Sequence record: SRR31156797_18765
Length of the DNA stretch: 42,205 bases
Direction: 5' to 3' (one strand)
Shown: positions 37,115-42,205 of the stretch, piece by piece
How positions within the stretch are numbered: the stretch's first letter is position 1
Layout: each line of letters begins with the position of its first letter
Position numbers and translations under genes: made by a program
Notes under the pieces: model-generated
What the model saw: the letters and a program-made list of their open reading frames with translations, nothing else
What the model was told of the DNA's origin: nothing
The model's database searches: none

Positions 37115-38449
37115 ATGGTTAAGAAACTATTTATAATAATATCAATCTTAGCAGTTTCTATCCCTGCTCTCGCATTGGAGAAGGCGGCTACGGTTAACTC
37201 TTCTAAAGGAAGGGTAGAGATTGTGCACGGCGATGCGGTTATGGGTAAACGTGCTAAGACTGGTGCTGAGCTTGTCCTTAAAGACATTCTCCGTACTAAG
37301 AGACGTGGTTACGCCGAAGTCGGCTTCATCGACGGTACAAGCGTTAAGGTATTTGAAAAATCAAGACTCACGATAAATGGCATTGAGAGAACAACCGACG
37401 GCTATAACGCTGAGATCCAGAAGGGTAAGGTTCTTTTTAATGTTGAGAAGATGGCTAATGTTGCTGGTGATTTCAGAGTTAAAACTACTAACTCAGTAAT
37501 CGGTGTAAAAGGTACAACTTTCGGAGTTGTTTCTGGCGGTATGGTTACTATTGTAGAGGTTTATAATGGTAACGTTGAAGTGCTCGCTACAGCAAGTGTT
37601 GGCGACCTCGAAGCGGGTAAGGTTGACGTTGGCGCACTCGAAGGTGCGGGCAAAGGCGGCGATGCGGATGCTAACAAGCAGACTCTCGCTACAAACCTTA
37701 GCTCTGGTCAGGGTCTTATCCTTTCAAGTAGTGGTGATGTGCAAGTTTACGAGTTTAGCGCTGATGGCGGCGGAAAGTCTCTTATATTTCAGGGCGATGT
37801 TGCCGCTGGCAAAAAAGGTGACGATAAGGGCGCCGGTGATGGTGGCGATGACGACGGAAATGCAGATGACGGTGACGCTGATGACGATGGCGGAGATGAT
37901 GACGAAACAGGTACTGCAGAAGGCGCAGCAGAAGATGGCGGCGATGCTGGCGAAACCGGCGGAGCAGAAGGTGCTGCAGATGATGGCGGCGATGCTGGCG
38001 ATCCCGATGCACCAGATGGCGATGCACCTAAAGGCGGAGCCGGAGCTGTTGATGATGCACTGTTCGGAGCGATTGGTCTTATAGAAGAAGCTGCTGCTGG
38101 TGACGGCGGTCTTGGCTTAGGCGGAGACGGAGCCGGCGATGGAGCTGGTGGTGCTGGAAGAGATGGTGCTGACCTCCCTGGCGGAGGCGGATTTGATGCT
38201 CTCGGCGATGTTATGGATGGAGTTGATGTAGGAGACGTTATTGCAGATGCTCTCACTCCTGATGGTCCTGATGGTCAGGGCGCAGGAGATGGCGGAGGTC
38301 TTCCTGACATAGGCGATATAGCAGATGATATAGCAGATGTTGTCGATGCTGCTAACGACTTCTATTCTGATCCGGATGCAAGACCGGACACGGAAGAGCA
38401 GATTGAACAAGTTCTTGGAACTGTAAATATTAATATTACTTTTAAGTAA
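37115..38449 (+). CDS. exported FecR-domain protein with Gly/Asp/Ala-rich acidic low-complexity tail
   Basis: Signal peptide; DILRT..AEVGFIDGTSVKV..SRL, FRVKTTNSVIGVKGTTF, VEVYNGNVEV; AAGGAG RBS 11 nt after the upstream stop. Confidence 0.85.
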   Translation: MVKKLFIIISILAVSIPALALEKAATVNSSKGRVEIVHGDAVMGKRAKTGAELVLKDILRTKRRGYAEVGFIDGTSVKVFEKSRLTINGIERTTDGYNAEIQKGKVLFNVEKMANVAGDFRVKTTNSVIGVKGTTFGVVSGGMVTIVEVYNGNVEVLATASVGDLEAGKVDVGALEGAGKGGDADANKQTLATNLSSGQGLILSSSGDVQVYEFSADGGGKSLIFQGDVAAGKKGDDKGAGDGGDDDGNADDGDADDDGGDDDETGTAEGAAEDGGDAGETGGAEGAADDGGDAGDPDAPDGDAPKGGAGAVDDALFGAIGLIEEAAAGDGGLGLGGDGAGDGAGGAGRDGADLPGGGGFDALGDVMDGVDVGDVIADALTPDGPDGQGAGDGGGLPDIGDIADDIADVVDAANDFYSDPDARPDTEEQIEQVLGTVNINITFK

Positions 38450-38455
38450 ATAGAT

Positions 38456-38485
38456 GGCCGGGGCTAAAAACTCCGGCCTTTTTTT
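38456..38485 (+). terminator. terminator after the barrel-FecR pair
   Basis: GGCCGGGG-ctaaaaa-CTCCGGCC followed by TTTTTTT. Confidence 0.85.
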
Positions 38486-38488
38486 TGA

Positions 38489-40204
38489 CTAGAATTTGAT
38501 ATAGGTTTCGTGTGTTTCAGTTATGTTTTCAGTAATTACATTGGCAAATCTGGCTCCAGTGTAAAGAGGCTTATCGGTTGCCGCACAGTATTCTGTGATA
38601 AATGAAAAGATACCAGCGGATTCTGTGACTATCGCATCTGCACTTTCAGCTTCGTAAATCTCACTAAGTGTCCATGCTCTTTTAGTGAGCACTTTTTTGC
38701 ATATATTGTCTTTATGGAAAAATGATACGCAAGGTATCTGTCTGTCCTTTATCGATTTATTAAGCTGCATAGATGAAATGTCTTCAATTTTCTCAATATC
38801 TTTTTCATAGATATTAAACGGCATACAGAGTGCTGAAAAACGTGCATTCTGCCATTTCCTGAAGTTTATTGTGAAAGGTATATTGCCGTAAAATTCGTCA
38901 TTAATGATATTTTTAAGCTCACCCATCTCAAAGAAGAAGATGTCGTTGATGTCTGTAATTCTGTTTTCACCTATGAGCTGCTCTCCTGTTTCAAGGAGAA
39001 GCTCACGAAGTTTTGATGTGAGTGACATAATGCTTACATAAAGCTCGTCTCTCATCTTGAGGTATGTGTGCGCCTCATTGATCTTCTCAGTATACTTAGC
39101 CTTGCCCAGTGTGAGTTTCTTTCCTGTAGGGAGCATTTTATGCATCTCTTCAACAGTTTTATGAGTTATACCGCATGCATTTATCTGAACAGGTCCGACT
39201 GACGGGTCTATAGTCGGAGTGAGCTTCATCTCTTTATTAAGGATGCTGTCTGAACGTGTCATATATATGTGCTGAAGTGTAGCACTGATATCCTTGCCAA
39301 TTGCCTTATGCAAGTTGGTAAATGATATCCACAGTCTTATATAGATCATCTCCCAAGCCATGACAGCGAGTGCTAACAGTTCCGTAAAGCTATCTTCAAA
39401 GATATTGTCTGCATCGATTGTCTCTATGCTTGCCCTGATGTCTGCGATGGCATCTTCGATTTCAGCATCTGAGATGTTAAGGTCAGAGTCGTCAGGTATG
39501 CCGAATACTGGTTTTTTTATAGTGCTGAATATTGCCGGAGCGTAGTTCAGCAGAAACAAATCAGGTGTCTGCTTAAAAGCCGGAGTTATGGTTTCGGCAT
39601 TAGCAAGGTTAAGGTATAGCCTGCCGAAAAGGAGCTTCATCGATGGTGATTGAGTTTTTATGCTACAGCTCATAAATAGCGGGTTGAAAACATCAGGTAT
39701 CCCGGCAGCGATAGACATGGCAACAGGGCTTAAAGTTTCAGGTGCGATTTCAGAGAAGGGAGCACGTACGAAGAGGTGCTTATCCATGGTGACGTCGCTT
39801 TTGCCGAGAGATTTCTCCACGTCAGTGATAGGCTTCTCGATCTTAGGGTCCCTCATGTCTCTGGCAAAATTATCAGTCTTAAAAGGTTCTGCTGAAACTA
39901 TATAATATGTGTCATCTTCAAAAAAGAGATTGATTGTAACAGCTTGTCTTAGGTTTCTCTCGCTGTCTGCAAGTGTTTGCGCAAGTTCGTTAAGCTTTTT
40001 ATCTTCGTAGGGAGAGTCACCTTTTATCCGTCTGATGTTCTGCTTAAAGACACCCTTAACAAAGGCTATCTCCCAGTCAGTTGCTACGATGTGATAAAAG
40101 CCGATGTTCCCTCTGTAGTGAGGTAAGGCTGTGATATTAGCTTTGTCAGCCTCTTCGCTTGTTTTTATTCCTGCTTCTTTCAGTCTGTCTATGAGTGTTT
40201 CCAT
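38489..40204 (-). CDS. degenerate PEP-utilising enzyme / rifampicin-phosphotransferase-like protein
   Basis: FSEIAPETLSP, FGRLYLN, RELLLETGEQL...DIFFF..EL, and a swivel-like AIVTESAGIFSF..YC...KP...G lacking the phospho-His. Confidence 0.6.
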   Translation of the reverse strand: METLIDRLKEAGIKTSEEADKANITALPHYRGNIGFYHIVATDWEIAFVKGVFKQNIRRIKGDSPYEDKKLNELAQTLADSERNLRQAVTINLFFEDDTYYIVSAEPFKTDNFARDMRDPKIEKPITDVEKSLGKSDVTMDKHLFVRAPFSEIAPETLSPVAMSIAAGIPDVFNPLFMSCSIKTQSPSMKLLFGRLYLNLANAETITPAFKQTPDLFLLNYAPAIFSTIKKPVFGIPDDSDLNISDAEIEDAIADIRASIETIDADNIFEDSFTELLALAVMAWEMIYIRLWISFTNLHKAIGKDISATLQHIYMTRSDSILNKEMKLTPTIDPSVGPVQINACGITHKTVEEMHKMLPTGKKLTLGKAKYTEKINEAHTYLKMRDELYVSIMSLTSKLRELLLETGEQLIGENRITDINDIFFFEMGELKNIINDEFYGNIPFTINFRKWQNARFSALCMPFNIYEKDIEKIEDISSMQLNKSIKDRQIPCVSFFHKDNICKKVLTKRAWTLSEIYEAESADAIVTESAGIFSFITEYCAATDKPLYTGARFANVITENITETHETYIKF

Positions 40205-40325
40205 GAAGAGAATTATGTCTATTTTTGTCCGCTGCTGTCAATCGAAAGATAGTAGTTGTGGCAGATATAAATATATGTTGAAACTAACCACGTGTGTCGT
40301 TAGAATAAATGAGTGGGGTGTGTCT

Positions 40326-40865
40326 ATGAATGTTGTTATAATAAATGCAGCCGCAGGAACAGACGTTAACGCTGGCTATATAGCAAGAGCTCTGCAGGAG
40401 AAATGTCCTGATTGTTCAAGGTTTGACATCTGTAGTTTAGAGTTTGATCCTACATATCCTATAAGAAAGAATGATGGTAGTTTTGACGAGCAGTCTGTGG
40501 AGGAAGACCTCCGCGAACCGATGAAAGCTGTTTACGAATCTGATCTGATAATCTTACTTTCACCTAACTATTTCAATTTTATATCCGGCTACGCTAAGCT
40601 TTTTCTGGATAAATTCTTTGTCTATTTCAACCAGAGCAATATGCCTGCTTTCGATAAAGAGAAGAAGCTGTTCTTCATCTTGACTCAGGCATCCCCTAAC
40701 AGGGGCGACGGTCAGTGGGCACAGGACTGGATGAAAAGTTTTACTGAGCGGTTTAAAATGAAATTTTTCGGGATAACAATACCTAATTGTGCCGGACGTG
40801 AACCTGACGGTGCGAAAATCAAGATGGATGAAATAACCATGTCACTGAATATGTTTAAAGGTTAA
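40326..40865 (+). CDS. flavodoxin-like / NADPH-dependent FMN reductase family protein
   Basis: SDLIILLSPNYFNFISGYAKLFLDK motif; ATG 40326 after GGGG-rich RBS. Confidence 0.75.
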   Translation: MNVVIINAAAGTDVNAGYIARALQEKCPDCSRFDICSLEFDPTYPIRKNDGSFDEQSVEEDLREPMKAVYESDLIILLSPNYFNFISGYAKLFLDKFFVYFNQSNMPAFDKEKKLFFILTQASPNRGDGQWAQDWMKSFTERFKMKFFGITIPNCAGREPDGAKIKMDEITMSLNMFKG

Positions 40866-40888
40866 TAACATAAAATACGGAGGAATCA

Positions 40889-41857
40889 ATGGGCGTAACT
40901 TATAAGGATCTTGGACTTGTAAATACCAGAGAAATGTTTTCCAAGGCTATGGAGGGCAAATATGCCATCCCAGCCTATAACTTTAATAATTTAGAGCAGC
41001 TTCAGGCTATTATAACAGCTTGTGTCGAGTCTGAGTCACCAGTAATTCTTCAGGTTTCAAAAGGGGCAAGAGACTATGCGAACGCCACAATGCTGAGATA
41101 TATGGCAATGGGTGCAGTAGAATATGCAAAAGAGCTAGGTTGCGAGATTCCTATAGCGCTTCACCTGGACCATGGCGATTCATTCGAAACATGCAAAAGC
41201 TGTGTAGACTTCGGGTTTTCAAGTGTGATGATAGACGGCTCACATCTCTCATTCGAGGAGAATATCGAACTTACTAAGAAGGTGGTAGAGTATGCTCACG
41301 AGCGTGATGTCACTGTCGAAGGTGAGCTTGGTGTACTCGCAGGTATAGAAGATGATGTCGTAGCTGAAGAATCTACATATACTAATCCTGATCAGGTAGT
41401 TGAGTTTGTCGAGAAGACAGGGTGTGATTCTCTGGCTATATCTATAGGCACATCTCACGGTGCATTCAAATTTAAGCCGGGAGAGCCAGTACCCCCTCTC
41501 AGATTCGATATACTGGAAGAGTGTGAGAAGAGACTGCCGGGATTTCCTATTGTTCTGCACGGGGCATCCTCTGTTGTTCAGGAGTATGTTAAGATGATCA
41601 ATGAGTACGGCGGAAAGCTTGAGGGAGCAGTAGGTGTTCCTGAGGAACAGTTAAGACAGGCGGCAGCAAGCGCTGTATGCAAGATTAATATCGATTCAGA
41701 TGGCAGGCTTGTCTTTACAGCGAAGATACGCGAATTCATGGCAAACAACCCGTCAGAATTCGATCCTCGTAAATACCTTAAGCCAGCAAGAGCTGATCTT
41801 ATTAAGATGTATAAAGCGAAGAATGAAAATGTTTTAGGCTCAGCAAATAAAGCTTAA
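40889..41857 (+). CDS. fba: class II fructose-1,6-bisphosphate aldolase
   Basis: ALHLDHG, SVMIDGS, VEGELG, GTSHGAFK, VLHGAS, KINIDSD, FDPRKYL. Confidence 0.96.
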   Translation: MGVTYKDLGLVNTREMFSKAMEGKYAIPAYNFNNLEQLQAIITACVESESPVILQVSKGARDYANATMLRYMAMGAVEYAKELGCEIPIALHLDHGDSFETCKSCVDFGFSSVMIDGSHLSFEENIELTKKVVEYAHERDVTVEGELGVLAGIEDDVVAEESTYTNPDQVVEFVEKTGCDSLAISIGTSHGAFKFKPGEPVPPLRFDILEECEKRLPGFPIVLHGASSVVQEYVKMINEYGGKLEGAVGVPEEQLRQAAASAVCKINIDSDGRLVFTAKIREFMANNPSEFDPRKYLKPARADLIKMYKAKNENVLGSANKA

Positions 41858-41891
41858 TCAAGCCTAAATGAAAGATATATAGTATGACTAT

Positions 41892-41920
41892 AAAAAGCCC
41901 CTCATTTGAGGGGTTTTTTT
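41892..41920 (+). terminator. terminator after fba
   Basis: AGCCCCTC-attt-GAGGGGTT followed by a T run. Confidence 0.88.
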
Positions 41921-41994
41921 GTTGCAAAAAACAAAAGTTAAAGCACTGGTAATAAAGACATAAATATTTTTGTTAAAAAAAGTGAAAAAAGATG

Positions 41995-42023
41995 TTGACT
42001 CTAACTTGTGGATTAGGTATAAC
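41995..42023 (+). promoter_or_regulatory. strong promoter P1 (rRNA operon type)
   Basis: TTGACT-17 nt-TATAAC preceded by A-tract UP-like element. Confidence 0.8.
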
Positions 42024-42097
42024 TTCCCTCCCACCAAGAGTGGTGGTTGTTGTTAGAAAGTTAAAAAGAAGTTGTTGAAAAAAAATAAAATAACCTG

Positions 42098-42126
42098 TTG
42101 ACACGGGTGCACAACTTCGGTATAAC
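42098..42126 (+). promoter_or_regulatory. strong promoter P2 (rRNA operon type)
   Basis: TTGACA-17 nt-TATAAC preceded by A-tract UP-like element. Confidence 0.8.
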
Positions 42127-42158
42127 TATCCTCCGTTGCACAAATAACGCAGCGGTCA

Positions 42159-42187
42159 GTTTCTTCGGAAACGTTGATGTTTGACAT
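42159..42187 (+). promoter_or_regulatory. boxB-like hairpin and boxA-like antitermination site of a probable rrn leader
   Basis: GTTTC-TTCG-GAAAC hairpin then TGATGTTTGACAT (cf. boxA TGCTCTTTAACA). Confidence 0.65.
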
Positions 42188-42205
42188 TTGAATAAGGTCG
42201 ATATG

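Noticed and set aside
37566-38410. Alternative-frame ORFs (His/Arg-rich, Ser/Pro-rich) over the FecR tail
   Set aside because: By-products of the GC-rich low-complexity coding region.
1-42205. CRISPR array, IS, prophage or defence genes
   Set aside because: No regularly spaced repeats, transposase, integrase or phage/defence proteins seen.

Overview
Ordinary-looking bacterial chromosomal window with no integrase, transposase, phage or CRISPR. Gene content and protein style suggest an anaerobe such as a Deferribacterota/Denitrovibrio-like organism; this is inference only. In order it holds: the 3' end of a flagellin; a multi-sensor diguanylate cyclase; a speA-CASDH-nspC-speB polyamine operon; mntP; a UbiD-family gene; selD; an aminotransferase; a ferritin-like gene; tRNA-Asn; a signalling cluster (sugar-type binding protein, histidine kinase, PhnD-like protein, HD-GYP-hemerythrin, REC, PP2C-kinase fusion); a thiG-thiH-ATL-mtnA-racemase operon; rpsB-tsf with a t44-like leader; lgt; a TPR/outer-membrane barrel plus FecR-domain pair; a degenerate PEP-utiliser; fba; and tandem rRNA-type promoters at the right edge. 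The ORF track truncates two selenoproteins with in-frame UGA plus SECIS-like hairpins: an ArsC/Spx-like UxxC protein (6429-6764) and SelD (15055-16086). Other notable items: related palindromic REP-like elements on both sides of selD; a Slam/DUF560-like barrel with an atypical acidic FecR partner; several proteins that have lost catalytic residues; and a structured, repeat-bearing segment behind tsf.
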